A DNA stretch of 64,000 bases from Squalus acanthias (Eukaryota): contig CM059433.1 in assembly GCA_030390025.1 (NCBI GenBank), positions 26,600,001 to 26,664,000 of the forward strand. Reading direction: 5' to 3'. The position numbers and the translations under genes are program-made. Of this stretch, positions 11,814 through 24,730 are shown in pieces. The number at the start of each line of letters is the position of its first letter. Within the stretch, counting starts at the first letter, position 1. Below the pieces are notes generated by a model. That model was not told the DNA's origin. It worked only from the letters and a program-made list of their open reading frames with translations, and ran no database searches.

Positions 11814-12529
11814 GACCTAGAAATTCCATTCCCTACGGATGTGTACGCGTTGTGTACTCACCCGTAGGGCCAATGGAAGTGCCGGTTTTACGCATGCAAT
11901 GCGCATGCGCTGGAAACTGGCACTTCCGTTCTCTGCAGAAAGGGCTTCCCAGGACAAACGCCTGCGCCGGATAGGCAGCGCGTACGTTAGAAACTTCCGT
12001 TTTTTTCACATTGGTTTGAGTCCAGGTAAGTCGGGAACAGCTGCGCCTAGAAAAGCAGGCGCAAGGCCTGCTTTTAGCAGGCTAATAGTTTAAGAAAGTA
12101 AAAAAAAAAATTTTTCCACTGGTTTATCATTTTTAAATACTTTAAAGAAAGGTAAGTTTATTTTTAGCCCCTGTTTAAAATATTTAATTTATGTAATTTA
12201 TAGTCATTTTAAAAATGTGATTTTTTTTTAATTTATTTGAAGTTTTACTTATGTTTTGGGGCTGATCTCTATTCATAGATTTGACAGGTCTTCCTGTCAA
12301 ATCTATGAATGGAGATTCCCTGCTCTGATTGGCTCCCCATGGCCCATGTGATCCCAGGGACGCTGCGAACTACCTGCGCCCCTGGGATACGTGTGCCCTG
12401 CACACCGGCAGTTTGAAGAGGCATAGCAACGGAATTCTGCGCTTCCCGGGAGCCCTCCGGTCCAGGCGGAGATTTTTCCAAATCGCAGCCCTCCGCCCGC
12501 GGGAGGGCTGCGAACGGAATTTCTGGGCC
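11814..12529. mobile_element. Harbinger-type MITE (family A)
   Basis: TIR GACCTAGAAATTCC/GGAATTTCTGGGCC and TSD AAT. Confidence 0.88.
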
Positions 12530-12702
12530 AATGGATCATTAACACATTTTTGCCTACACTCCCTAAACTCCTCCTGGAATCTAACCAATTTAATGCCTAT
12601 TAATGCTCAGAGGTAGTGATAACTTTTTTTTACTTGTTCAGGCTTATCAAGGGGCAATTAAAAAGAAACATGTAAATTTGCACATACTTGACATTAATGA
12701 CA

Positions 12703-15700
12703 TGAGTTCAAATCCCACCATGGTCGTTTGTGAATTTGAATTCAACTAATTAAATAAATCTGGAATAAAAAGCTAGTATCAGTAATGGTGGCCATGAAGC
12801 TACTGGATTGTCGCATAAACACATCTGGTTCACTAATGTCCTTTAGGGAAGGAAACCTGCCACCCTTACCTGGTCTGGCCTATATGTGACTCAAGACACA
12901 CAACAATGTGGTTGACTCTTAACTGCCCTCTGAAATGGCCTAGCAAGCCACTCAGTTGTATCAAACCGCTACACCAAACTATAATAAGAATAAAACCAGA
13001 CGAAACTCCCGGCATCGACCTAAGCATCGGATTCGGACACGACAAAGGCATACCCAGCCCAGTCAACCCTGCAAAGTCTTCCTCAATAACATCTGGGGAC
13101 TTGTGCCAAAACTGGGAGAGCTGTCCCACAGACTAGTCAAGCAACAGCCTGACATAGTCATACTCACAGATTCATGCCTTTCAGCCAATGTCCCAAACTC
13201 CTCCATCATCATCCCTGGGTATATCCTGTCCCACTGGCAGGACAGACCCACCAGAGGTGGCGGCACAGTGGTATACACCCGGGAGGGAGTGGCCCTGAGA
13301 GTCCTCAATATTGACTCTGGACCCCAAGAAGTCACATGGCATCAGGTCAAACATGGGCAAGGAAACTTCCTGCTGATTACCACGTACTGCCCGCCCTCAG
13401 CTGATGAATCAGTACTCCTCCATGTTGATCACCACTTGAAAGAAGCACTGAGGGTCGTAAGGGCACAGAATGTACTCTGGTTGGGGGACTTCAATATCTA
13501 TCACCAAGAATGGCTCAGTGGCACCACCACTGACCAAGCTGGCCAATTCCTGAAGGACATAACTGTCAGACTGGTCTTGCGGCAGGTGGTGAGAGAACCA
13601 ACACAAGGGGAAAACTTTTTTGACCTCGTCCTCGCCAATCTATCTGCGCAGATGCACCTGTCCTTGACAGTATTGGTAGGAGTGACCACTCACAGTCCTT
13701 ATGGAGACAAAGTCCCGTCTTCACACTGAGGACACCCTCCATCGTGTTGTGTGACACTTTCACTGTGCTAAATGGGATAGATTCAGAACAGATCTAGCAG
13801 CCCAAAACTGGGCATCAATGACGTGTTGTGGGCCATCAGCAGCAGCAGAATTGTATTCCACCGCAATTGTAACCTCATGGCCCAGCATATCCCTCACTCC
13901 ACCATTACCATCAAGCCAGAGGACCAACTCTGGTTCAATGATGAGTGTGGAAGGCATGCCAGGAGCAGCACCAGGCGTAGCTGAAAATGAGGTGCCAATC
14001 TGGTGAAGCTACAAACAGGACTAAATGCATTCTAAACAGCGGAAGCAGCATGCTATAGACTGAGCTAAGCGATCTCATAACCAATGGATCAGATCAAAGC
14101 TCTGCAGTCCTGTCACATCCAATTGAATGGTGGTGGACAATTAAACAACTAACGAGATGAAGAGGCTCCATGAACATCCCCATCCTCAATGATGGTGGAG
14201 CCCAGCACGTGAGTGCAAAAGACAAGGCTGAAGCGTTCGCAACCATCTTCAGACAGAAGTGCCGAGTGGATGATCCATATCGGCCTCCTCCTGAGGCCCC
14301 CACCACCACAGAAGCCAGTCTTCAGCCAATTCGATTCACTCCACGTGATATCAAGAAACGGCTGAGCGCACTGGATACAGCAAAGGCTGTGGGCCCTGCA
14401 AACATCCCAGCTGTCGTGCTGAAGACTTGTGCTCCAGAACTAGCCGCGCCTCTGGTTTGCTGTTACAGGAGAGCTACAACACTGGCATCTATCCGACATG
14501 TGGAAAACTGTCCAGGTATGTCCTATCCACAAAAAACAGGACAAATCTAATCCGGCCAATTACCAATCAGCCTACTCTCAATCATCAGCAAAGTGATAGA
14601 AGGTGTCATCAACAGTGCTATCAAGCGGCACTTACTCACCAATAACCTGCTCACTGATGCACAGTTTGGGTTCCACCAGGACCACTTGGCTCCAGACCTC
14701 ATTACAGCCTTGGTCCAAACATGAACAAAACAGCTGAATTCCTGATGTGAGGGTGACTGCCCTTGACATCAAGGCAGCATTTGACCGAGTGCGACACCAA
14801 GGAGCCCTAATAAAATTGAAGTCATTGTGGATCAGTGGAAAACGCTCCACTGGCTGGAGTCATACCTAGCACAAAGGAAGACAGTTGTGGTTATTGGAGG
14901 CCAATCATCTCAGCACCAGGACATCACAGCAGGAGTTCCTCAGGACAGTGTCCTAGGCACAACCATCTTCAGCTGCTTCGTCAATGACCTTCCCTCCATC
15001 AAAAAGTCAGAAGTGGGGATGTTCGCTAATGATTACACAGTGTTCAGTTCCATTTGCAATTCCTCAGATAATGAAGCAGTCCATGCCCGCAAACAGCAAG
15101 ACCCGGACAACATCCAGACTTGGGCTGATAAGTGGCAAATAACATTCACACCAAACAAGTGCCAGGCAATGACCATCTCCAACAAGAGAGATTCTAACCA
15201 CCTCCCCTTGACATTAAATGACATTACCATCATCGAATTCCCCCACCATCAACATCCTGGGGGTCACCATTAACCAGAAATTAACTGGACCAGCCACATA
15301 AATACTGTGGCTACAAGAGCAGGTCAGAGGATGGGTGTTCTGCAGCAAGTGACTCACCTTCTGACTCCTTAAAGCCTTTCCACCTCCTACAAGGCACAAG
15401 TAAGGAGTGTGATGGAATACTCTCCACTTGCCTGGATGAGTGCAGCTCCAACAACACTCAAGAAGCTCGACATCATCCAGGAAAAAGCAACCCGTTTGAT
15501 CAGCACCCCATCCTCCACCTTAAACATTCACTCCCTCCACCACTGGCGTACCGTGGCTGCAGTGTGTACCATCTACAAGATGCACTGCAGCAACTCGCCA
15601 AGGCTTCTTCGACAGCACCGCCTAAAATCGCAACCTCTACCATCTAGAAGGACAAGGGCAGCAGGCGCATGGGAACACCACCACCTCCAAATTACCCTCC

Positions 15701-15930
15701 AAGTCACACACCATCCTGACTTGGAAGTATATCGCCGTTCCATCATTGTCATTGCGGCAAAATCCTGGAACTCCCTCCCTAACAGCACTGTGGGAGTACC
15801 TTCACCTCACGGACTGCAGTGGTTGAAGAAGGCAGCTCACCACCACCTTCTCACCGGCAATTAGGAACGGACAATAAATGCTGGCCTTGCCAGCGACGTC
15901 CAAACCCGTGAATGAATAAATTAATAAAAA
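12703..15930 (+). mobile_element. Near-full-length decayed LINE (APE + RT; CR1/L2/Jockey-group, family B) with tRNA-like 5' head
   Basis: APE motifs (QQPDIVILTDS, WLGDFN) and RT motifs (GVPQDSVLG, MFAND) broken by stops and frameshifts. A-rich tail. TSD AATGACA at 12696-12702 and 15931-15937. Confidence 0.88.
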
Positions 15931-16604
15931 AATGACAACTGCCATAAAAGTAGCATTAAAGTAGTGCAAGAAAGTAGCAGTGGTCCGTCATGGAGACATT
16001 GTAACGAGTGTCAGCAGCTTGGGTGCATCAGCAAATGTAACATGTTGGAGGTGGATGAGCAGTTGAATTTATCTACATGCATGTCAATTGCCTAATATAG
16101 CAGTTGTCGACTATCAATAGCCTTTTAAAGGGGTTTGGATTATATTCCTGGGTTAAGCATGTCTGTAATGATATTTTGAAGCCACCTTGACACAGATCAT
16201 AGAATCAGGCATGGCCTAAGGTAGCGAATTTAATTGACAGCTGTGTCTGAGACCTTTGAGAGTAGGTCAGAGCCATTGCTTGGTTGTAGTTCTCTTTGAT
16301 GGACAGCTAGGTGGCCAGGGGGTCTCTAATTATGGATCTATATTAGACTTGCATGTAGTGCAAGGGTCAGTTTAAAGTCAGCTTTTCAGTCTTGCTGCCA
16401 CCAGCTGTGTGTTTCTTTACATTTTGTGGCAGCTTAGCAGGGAAGCAAGACCCAACTAAAGTGACGGCAAGGAAACTTCTGTTGTCTAAAACCTTTAGTC
16501 ACCAGTGCCTTAATACTGATTAAAGTTTAATGCAAATGAAGAGCCAGAAGATTAAAAAGGTGAAAAGCAATTAAAAAATTCTCAAAACACAATTTGCTGA
16601 GTAC

Positions 16605-16940
16605 TGGTTATCTTCTTCTTCTCCCCCGTGCCTAGCGGCAAACAAGGCAACCCATTTCTTCCACTGCTTTTACATCCAGCAGATCGTGCTCTGAGTCGTG
16701 TCCGTAACAAAGATCCTTTTTACCTGGCCAGATCGTTCGCCTGACTCATGACTCCCTACCAGGATAACTGGCTAGATGTGATAGGGGGTCACCACTCCAC
16801 TCCCATCAGATGCGAGTACCCTACTGAATGTTACCCCAGTATTCAGAGACCAGAACTCTCCTCTCCGCTCACCAGGACGGTCAACACTATACCTGGTGTG
16901 AAACTAATAAGGTGCGGTCTCGCACCACTTGCTTAAGTTC
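16605..16940 (-). mobile_element. Possible non-autonomous RTE-type derivative (5'UTR-like part joined to a 3' end)
   Basis: Minus strand has gtaaaaa..ttgttacgga (resembling RTE 5' UTRs) then ..gccgctaggcacgggg(gaa)n (resembling an RTE 3' end). No TSD found. Confidence 0.4.
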
Positions 16941-19112
16941 AGTTCAAGCAACTTCACACATTTTGTGTCGCTTCAAAGCCAAAACCACTTTTCATTGATG
17001 AAATGTATAGTATGACTGGATTATTAGCCATTATTTTATACCCAAGTACATAGTTAGACATGGTTACTATAAAGGCTTTCTCTTTGGGAATTGTTTTTGT
17101 GTGGGTGATACTTATCGAAGTAGCATTGAAATCAATGAACATTCAGACCTGCTGTAGACCTCTGCCTTTCTTCTTTCATTGAAGGAAGGAGAGGGCAATG
17201 GATAAATAAAACTATTCATCGCACATTCTTTTTCTATAAAAAAGCACACGCTGTCCTTAATTATCTGATTTTGTGCAATGCTGACCTTTGAATTTTGTGG
17301 CAGTAGCTTTCAACAGGGAGGCAACGGGGCCGGTGAAGATGCACTTTGTTAACGTGAGGGTTACCATCTGTGGAAAGCACCCCCACTGTCTGTGACAAGA
17401 AGGTAGACAGTAATCAGAAATCTCAGTGTGATCTGATAAAAAGGAAAAGCCTTTTTTATTATTTCGAAAGATCTGAGGGCGTAAATGCTGTGAAGCAAAG
17501 AAACGTAACTTGACCTGTTATCTGTAAATCACAGGTGATGAGGGAAAAGAAAGTGGAGGGTTGCTGAACAAGAAAAGCTTTAAACTGACCCCATTCACCC
17601 AAGTAAATTTAGCTTGCTGAGAACCTTCTCCACTCTGCAATATGCATTCAGCTTTTTTTTTTACAGATCCAAACTATTTTTTTTGCAGAGTTGTATCTTG
17701 TAGTGGTGTATAACTTTTAGGTATGACCCATGCATGAAACTAACTTGAAGAAGTGAAACTGTGCATCAAGGTGTGGCTCAAAATAAATAGCACATTCAAC
17801 ATTTTTCACTCCAATTTGACAATAGATTGCTTGTGTTTAAAAGTCAATGACGTTTTTACTTTGTTAGTGAACCTCAATTGGCTTTAGGTAAACTGCATTA
17901 TAATAACAACATCATTATTACAGGATGTAAGTTTAATTTGCGGCTTTTGTAGATTTAGTGGGCATACAAGTTTACTATTGTGTGCAAGTAATGATAAGGA
18001 CATTCTTGCAAAAAGGGTGTATCTTATCCACAAGTTATTGTAGGCATTTCTTGGCAGAAAAAGGGAAATGTAGACAAAAGGATAATTGTTGCCCGATTAC
18101 TCAAACAAGAGCTAACTGATGCTATTGCAACTGTTGTCAGAGAAATATTAACCCTATGGTGTAGTACTAAAGAGTTAACTGTAACACTGGACAATGGTTT
18201 AGTTAGAAGTGCGGTGAGAATTGTGCATTTAGTGCTTTTTCAATATAAATTAATGTAAGAGTTACACTAAGTATGCTACACCAGTGGATGTAGTATATTT
18301 GGATTTCCAAAAGGCATTCGATAAGGTGCCACATAAAAGGTTGCTATGCAAGATAAGGGCTCATGGGGCTGGGGTAATATATTAGCATGGATAGAGGATT
18401 GGTTAACGGACAGAAAACAGAGAGTAGGGATAAACGGGTCATTTTCAGGTTGGCAGGCTGTAACTAGTGGGGTGCCGCAAGGATCAATGCTTGGGCCTCA
18501 GCTATTTACAATCTATATCAATGACCTAGGTGAAGGGACAGAGTGCAATGTATCCAAGTTTGCTGATGATACAAAGCTAGGTGGGAAAGTAAGCTGTGAG
18601 GAGGATGCAAAGAGGCTGCAAAGGAATATAGTCAGGTTAAGTGAGCTGGCAATAAGGTGGCAGATGGAGTATAATGTGAGGAAATGTGACATTATTCACT
18701 TTGGTAGGAAGAATAGAAAAACAGATTTTTTTTTAAATGATGAAATACTATTAAATGTTGGTGCTTAGAGAGATTTAGGTGTCCTCATACATGAAACACA
18801 GAGGAGGAGAAATTCATTATAGCCCAGGACTGGGCGCTAACTTTGGAAAAGTTTGAGATTTAGCGCCAGGCACTAATGAATCTCGCTGCACGCAAAATTC
18901 AATGTCATCGCTCAAAGAAAGGATGTGAGTGCTAAATCAAGCGCTAACTCAGTGGCATTACACTCAAAACACTAACCAATATCAGGTGCAGTCTAATCGC
19001 AAGTCATCATTGCCACAGGCTCTTTCCAGTTCTTAAAGGGGAGGTTCATTCTGTGTCAGCAAGCAGGAGCAGGCCAAGTCCAAGGAGCCGGACAACTCAA
19101 CCAGCTGTACTC

Positions 19113-20943
19113 ATGGCAGATCCACGCCCCAGGAGAGAGAGCCCGCAGATTTTCGGACCAAGCATTGGAGGAGTTGGTGTCCACTGTGGAGAGATGGAGG
19201 GCGGTGCTCTACCCGGCAAGTGGCAGGAGGCCCTCATTGCCATGTAGAGGGAGGTTGCCCATCAGGTCTTGGGCAGCACTGTGGTCCTCAGGACCCATAG
19301 ACAGTGCAGGAAGAAATTTAACGACCTCACTCGGGCGGTCAGGGTGAGTCAATGCCTCAACAAATGCTACATACCACCGTCTGAACCACAGTCTGCACAC
19401 ACTGGCCAAAGCACCACACCCCCCAGCACTCACCCACCAACAATCTCTACCTACCAACACTCACACCCACATCTCACACCTGGCACAGAATGGCAGCTAT
19501 TCAACTATGGCAGGCACATCACCCAAACACATTGCTCCACACTCACTCACACACTTTCCTTTCTCTTGCAGGCCAAGGTGGCTCACAACAGGAGGGAGCA
19601 GGAGTGCACAGGCGAGGGACAAGCCGACACCCAACCACTGTCTGCGCTGGAAAATAGAGTGCTGGAGATCATTGGGTACCAAGTGGTGGGCACCGTGGCC
19701 ACTGGCAACGTTGACCCCCCTTGGGGACAACAATGGTATGTTCATCCCTACTCCTTCTCACATCCCACTTCCCCCTCACCCCCACAAACGTTTCGCACTT
19801 TCCAGCTAATCATGCTGTATCCTGCCCCCACTCCCCTCACCTTAACCCGACTCTTGTGCCTTTATGCTTTCAGATAATGAGCAAGCACCTGAGCAGCCTG
19901 TCTCTGAGGGCACCGTTGAGAGCGAGGTGGGAGAAGAGGAGGAGGAAGAACACACCGCGTCACTGCATGTCTCACCCGCAGGCACCAGCTCAGATGCTGG
20001 CACTATGCGTTCTTTAGAGGCTAGTATAGTAGTGGAATCTGCACAGCGTGATGCACCGGGAACGAGTGGGCTGCAGCAAGGCCAGGGGGAAAGGGTAGCT
20101 CGGGGGCCAGCTCCCCGGAGGGCGAGTTCACATGCGAGTTCTGCTGCACAGGACTCAGATGAGGACCTCGATGGGGAGGCCTTTAGAAGAAGGGTGATGG
20201 GCATGCACACGGAGATGATAGGTGCAATGGCAAGGGTGCCCGAGACTCTGTCAGCAATGGTAAGGAGCGTGGAGGAGTCCGCCTCCAACATTGCACAAAG
20301 CAACATTGCGCACACCATGGAGCCCATCATTTCCAGTCTGTAAAGGACCGTGGCGACCCAGACCTGATGCTGCATGTGATGGGTGATCTGGCAGCTTCCA
20401 TTGCAGCACAGGCGGAATCGAACAACGTGTTAATGCAGTCTACGCTTGGTGGCATCGAATCTCAGACTGCTCTCATGCAGTCTGACTGCTGCCATCGTGG
20501 CTGGGTCTACCACCGTCGACTGGGACTTTCACGGTATCACAGCAGGCCAGCAATCTCTGCTCCAACAGATTGCTGGGGATGCTGAGGTGCTGCCCCGGGG
20601 GAGTGGCAGTGGGTCAGTGGAGCAGGAACCTGCTGTCCTCTCTCACGATGATAGCATTCCTGCTCCCACTGCTGCCACTCCGCCATTGTCCTTGTTGCTG
20701 CCTGTCTTCCAGCCAGCCCAGACTGCTGCCGCCCATGCTGAGGTGGTGCAGTCTACAGCCGGGCCTTCCAGGCCCAGAGCTGGTCGAGGGCGTCCTGCAA
20801 GGCCATCTGAAGTCTCCTGCACGGACACTCAGCAGCCTTCCACCAGCCCTGCTGCAGCCACTGGGCCAACACTTCATAGGAGCACTAGAGTAGGTAAAGG
20901 CACAGTAACGACAGACACCAAGGGATTGCACAAGGGTGAATAG
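19113..20943 (+). pseudogene. Harbinger Myb/SANT-like DNA-binding gene, 3 exons (19113-19343, 19572-19735, 19874-20943), disrupted
   Basis: RTHRQCRKKFNDLTR trihelix motif and GT-AG introns; frameshifts and an internal stop. Confidence 0.8.
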
Positions 20944-21605
20944 TAAATATTGTTATTATAAAGATGTGTTCACTGATTATTGATAAATTTATTAATTCAC
21001 TTCGGATAATTTTGTACTGTCTCTCATTTCAGCTGTGCGCTGTGATATGGCCTGCAACAGCGATGGAATGATGGGGATGTGGTGAGCAATGGAGATCTGG
21101 GGTTGAATTTACTGGAACCGCAGTCTGATAATGCGGTCACGGACCGCCCTTCCGGAAGGCCGATTGAGTGGCTGCCTCTTCCCTCGCTTGTGTTCCTCCT
21201 CCTCCTTCTCCTCCTGGTCTTCCTCGTCCTCCTCCTCCTCTCCCTCTTCCTCCTCCTGAGGTGGTCCCACAATCCCTGCTGGCAAGGACTGAGCCCTCAT
21301 GATGGCCAGATTGTGGAGCATGCATCAGACCACCACAACGAAATGGGACACCAGCTCCAGCGAGTACTGGAGGGCTTCTCCCGAGTGGTCAAGGCAGCGG
21401 AACCATTGCTTGAGCACCCCGATGGTCTGCTTGATGATGTTCCTGGTGGCAGCATGGCTCTCATTATATAAATGCTGTGCAGGAGTGTTGGGGTTGCAGA
21501 GGGGAGTCGTGAGCCACGTGGAGAGCAGCCAGCCAGCCGCGAACTTGATGTGGTGGCTGGAAGAGTCTGGCGCAGGATGAAGGCATCGTGGCTGCTGCCA
21601 GGATA

Positions 21606-24600
21606 GAAACATAGAAACATAGAAAATAGGTACAGGAGTAGACCATTCGGTCCTTCGAGCCTGCACCGCCATTCAATGCGTTCATGGCTGAACATGCTAC
21701 CTCAGTACCCCATTCCTGCTTTCTCGCCATACCCCTTGATCCCCTTAGTTGTGAGTGTTATATCTAACTCCCTTTTGAATATATTTAGCGAACTGGCCTC
21801 AACAACCTTCTGTGGAAGAGAATTCCATAGATTCACCACTCTCTGGGTGAAGAAGTTCCTCCTCAGCTCAGTCCTAAATGGCTTCCCCTTAATCCTTAGA
21901 CTGTGACCCCTGGTTCTAGTTTTCCCTACCATTGGGAACATTCTGCCCGCATCTAATTTGTCTAAACCAGTCAGGATTTTAAATGTCTCTATAAGATCCC
22001 CCCTCATTCTTCTGAACTCCAGAGGATACAAGTTCAGTTGACCCAATCTTTCTTGATATGTCAGTCCGGCCATCCCAGGAATCAATCTAGTGAACCTTCG
22101 CTGCACTCCCTCAATAGCAAGAATGTCCTTCCTTAAGTTAGGAGACCAAAACTGCGCACAATACTCCAGGTGTGGCCTCACCAAGGCCCTGTACAACTGT
22201 AGCATCACCTCCCTACTCCTGTACTCAAATCTCCTTGCTATGAAGGCCATCATTCCGTTTGCTTTCTTGACTGCCTGCTGCACTTGCATTCCCACCTTCA
22301 GTGACTGATGTACCATGACGCCCAGGTCTCGTTGCACGTCCCCTTTCCCTAATCTGCCACCATTCAGGTAATAGTCCGCCTCTCTATTTTTACCACCAAA
22401 GTGGATAACCTCACATTTATCCACATTGTACTTCATCTGCCATACATTTGCCCATTCACCCAACCTGTCCAAGTCACTCTGTAGCCTCCTAGCATCCTCC
22501 TCATTGTTCACACTGCCTCCCAATTTAGTGTCATCCGCAAATTTGGAGATATTACATTTAATCCCTTCGTCCAAATCATTAATATATAATGTAAACAGCT
22601 GGGGTCCCAGCACCGAACCCTGCGGTACCCCGCTGGTCACTGCCTGCCATTCTGAAAAGTACCCATTTACTCCTACTCTTTGTTTCCTGTGTGCCAACCA
22701 GTTCTCAATCCACGTCAACACATTACCCCCAATCCCATGTGCTTTAACTTTGCTCACCAATCTCTTGTGTGGGACCTTGTCGAAGGCCTTCTGAAAGTCC
22801 AAATACACCACATCTACTGGTTCCCCCCTGTCCACCCTATTGGAAACATCCTCAAAAAATTCCAGAAGATTTGTCAAGCATGATTTCCCTTTCACAAATC
22901 CATGCTGACTTGGACCTATCATGTCGCCACTTTCCAAATGGTCTGTTATGACATCTTTAATAATTGCTTCCATCATTTTACCCACCACCGATGTCAGGCT
23001 GACCGGTCTATAATTCCCTGCTTTCTCCCTCCCTCCTTTTTTAAAAAGAGGGGTTACATTGGCCACCCTCCACTCCATCGGAACTGATCCAGAGTCTAAG
23101 GAATGTTGGAAAATGATCGTCAATGCATCCACTATTTCCAAGGCCACCTCCTTAAGTACTCTGGGATGCAGACCATCAGGCCCCGGGGATTTTTCAGCCT
23201 TCAGTCCCATCAATTTCCTCAATACCTTTTCCCGACTAATAAGGATTTCCCTCAGCTCCTCCCTCTTACCAGATCCTCTGACCCCTTTTATTTCCGGCAG
23301 GTTGTGTGTGTCCTCCACAGTAAACACCGAACCAAAGTACTTGTTCAATTGATCTGCCATTTCCTTGTTCCCCATTACGACTTCCCCTGTTTCCGACTGC
23401 AGGGGACCTACGTTTGTTTTTACTAACCTCTTTCTTTTTACATATTTATAGAAGCTTTTGCAGTCCATTTTAATGTTCTCTGCAAGCTTCCTTTCATATT
23501 TTATTTTCCCTGCCCTAATCAAACCCTTCGTCCTCCTCTGCTGAGTTTTGAAGTTCTCCCAGTCCCCGGGTTTGCTGCTACTTCTGGCCAATTTGTATGC
23601 AACTTCCTTGGTTTTAATACTATCTCTGATTTCCCTTGTTAGCCATGGTTGAGCCACCTTCCCTTTTTTATTTTTATGCCAGACCGGGATGTACAATTGT
23701 TGTAGTTCATCCATGCGATCTCTAAATGTCTGCCATTGCCCTTCCACTGATAGCCCCTTAAATATCGCTTGCCAATTTAACCTCGCCAATTCACGCCTCA
23801 TACCCTCAAAGTTGCCCTTATTTAAGTTCTGGACCATGGTCTCTGACTTAACTGTTTCCTTCTCCATCCTAATGTAGAACTCCACCATACTATGGTCACT
23901 CTTCCCCAGGGGGCCTCGTACCACAAGATTGCTGATTAGTCCCTCCTCATTACACAACACCCAGTCCAGGATGGCCTCCCCTCGAGTTGGTTCCTCAACA
24001 TATTGGTTTAGGAAACCATCCCTTAAACACTCCAGGAAATCCTCCTCCACCGTATTGCTTCCAGTTTGAGTAGCCCAATCTATATGCATATTAAAGTCAC
24101 CCATGATAACTGCCGTGCCTTTTTTGCACGCACCTCTGATTTCCTGTTTCATACCCTCCCCCACCTCACTACTGCTGTTTGGAGGTCTGTACACAACTCC
24201 CACTAACGTTTTCTGCCCTTTGGTGTTCTGCAGCTCAACCCATATTGATTCCACATCCTCCAAGCTGATGTCCTTCCTAGCTATTGCATTAATCTCCTCT
24301 TTAACCAGCAATGCTACCCCACCCCCTTTTCCTTTTATTCTATCCTTTCTGAATGTTGAATACCCCTGGATGTTCAGTTCCCAGCCTTGATTGTTCTGGA
24401 GCCACGTCTCTGTAATCCCAATCACATCGTATCCGTTAACATCTATTTGCACAGTCAATTCATCCACCTTATTACGGATACTCCTTGCATTAAGACACAG
24501 AGCCTTTAGGCTTGTTTTATTAACATCCTTTGTCCTTTTAGACTTATGATTTAGTATGGCCCTTTGTGTTTCTTGCCTTTGTTTACTCGGCCTTCCCCTA

Positions 24601-24730
24601 TTGTTTCTCACCCTTCTAACATTTGTTTCTGACTGCATATTACTTCCCCCTGTTTCGCTACATAGGTTCCCATTCCCCTGCCATATTAGTTTAAATCCTC
24701 CCGAACTGCTTTAGCAAATATTACCCCGAG
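21606..24730 (-). mobile_element. Young 5'-truncated CR1 LINE
   Basis: (ctatgttt)n tail, intact ORF2 and only the last ~14 codons of the probable ORF1. It inserts between transposase codons C and Y. Confidence 0.93.
21702..24638 (-). CDS. CR1 ORF2: AP endonuclease + reverse transcriptase, 978 aa, uninterrupted
   Basis: CLNARS, GITETW, MGDFN and SDH (APE); NYRPVSLTS, LDFQKAFD, GVPQGSVLGP and KFADD (RT). Confidence 0.95.
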   Translation of the reverse strand: MQSETNVRRVRNNRGRPSKQRQETQRAILNHKSKRTKDVNKTSLKALCLNARSIRNKVDELTVQIDVNGYDVIGITETWLQNNQGWELNIQGYSTFRKDRIKGKGGGVALLVKEEINAIARKDISLEDVESIWVELQNTKGQKTLVGVVYRPPNSSSEVGEGMKQEIRGACKKGTAVIMGDFNMHIDWATQTGSNTVEEDFLECLRDGFLNQYVEEPTRGEAILDWVLCNEEGLISNLVVRGPLGKSDHSMVEFYIRMEKETVKSETMVQNLNKGNFEGMRRELARLNWQAIFKGLSVEGQWQTFRDRMDELQQLYIPVWHKNKKGKVAQPWLTREIRDSIKTKEVAYKLARSSSKPGDWENFKTQQRRTKGLIRAGKIKYERKLAENIKMDCKSFYKYVKRKRLVKTNVGPLQSETGEVVMGNKEMADQLNKYFGSVFTVEDTHNLPEIKGVRGSGKREELREILISREKVLRKLMGLKAEKSPGPDGLHPRVLKEVALEIVDALTIIFQHSLDSGSVPMEWRVANVTPLFKKGGREKAGNYRPVSLTSVVGKMMEAIIKDVITDHLESGDMIGPSQHGFVKGKSCLTNLLEFFEDVSNRVDRGEPVDVVYLDFQKAFDKVPHKRLVSKVKAHGIGGNVLTWIENWLAHRKQRVGVNGYFSEWQAVTSGVPQGSVLGPQLFTLYINDLDEGIKCNISKFADDTKLGGSVNNEEDARRLQSDLDRLGEWANVWQMKYNVDKCEVIHFGGKNREADYYLNGGRLGKGDVQRDLGVMVHQSLKVGMQVQQAVKKANGMMAFIARRFEYRSREVMLQLYRALVRPHLEYCAQFWSPNLRKDILAIEGVQRRFTRLIPGMAGLTYQERLGQLNLYPLEFRRMRGDLIETFKILTGLDKLDAGRMFPMVGKTRTRGHSLRIKGKPFRTELRRNFFTQRVVNLWNSLPQKVVEASSLNIFKRELDITLTTKGIKGYGEKAGMGY

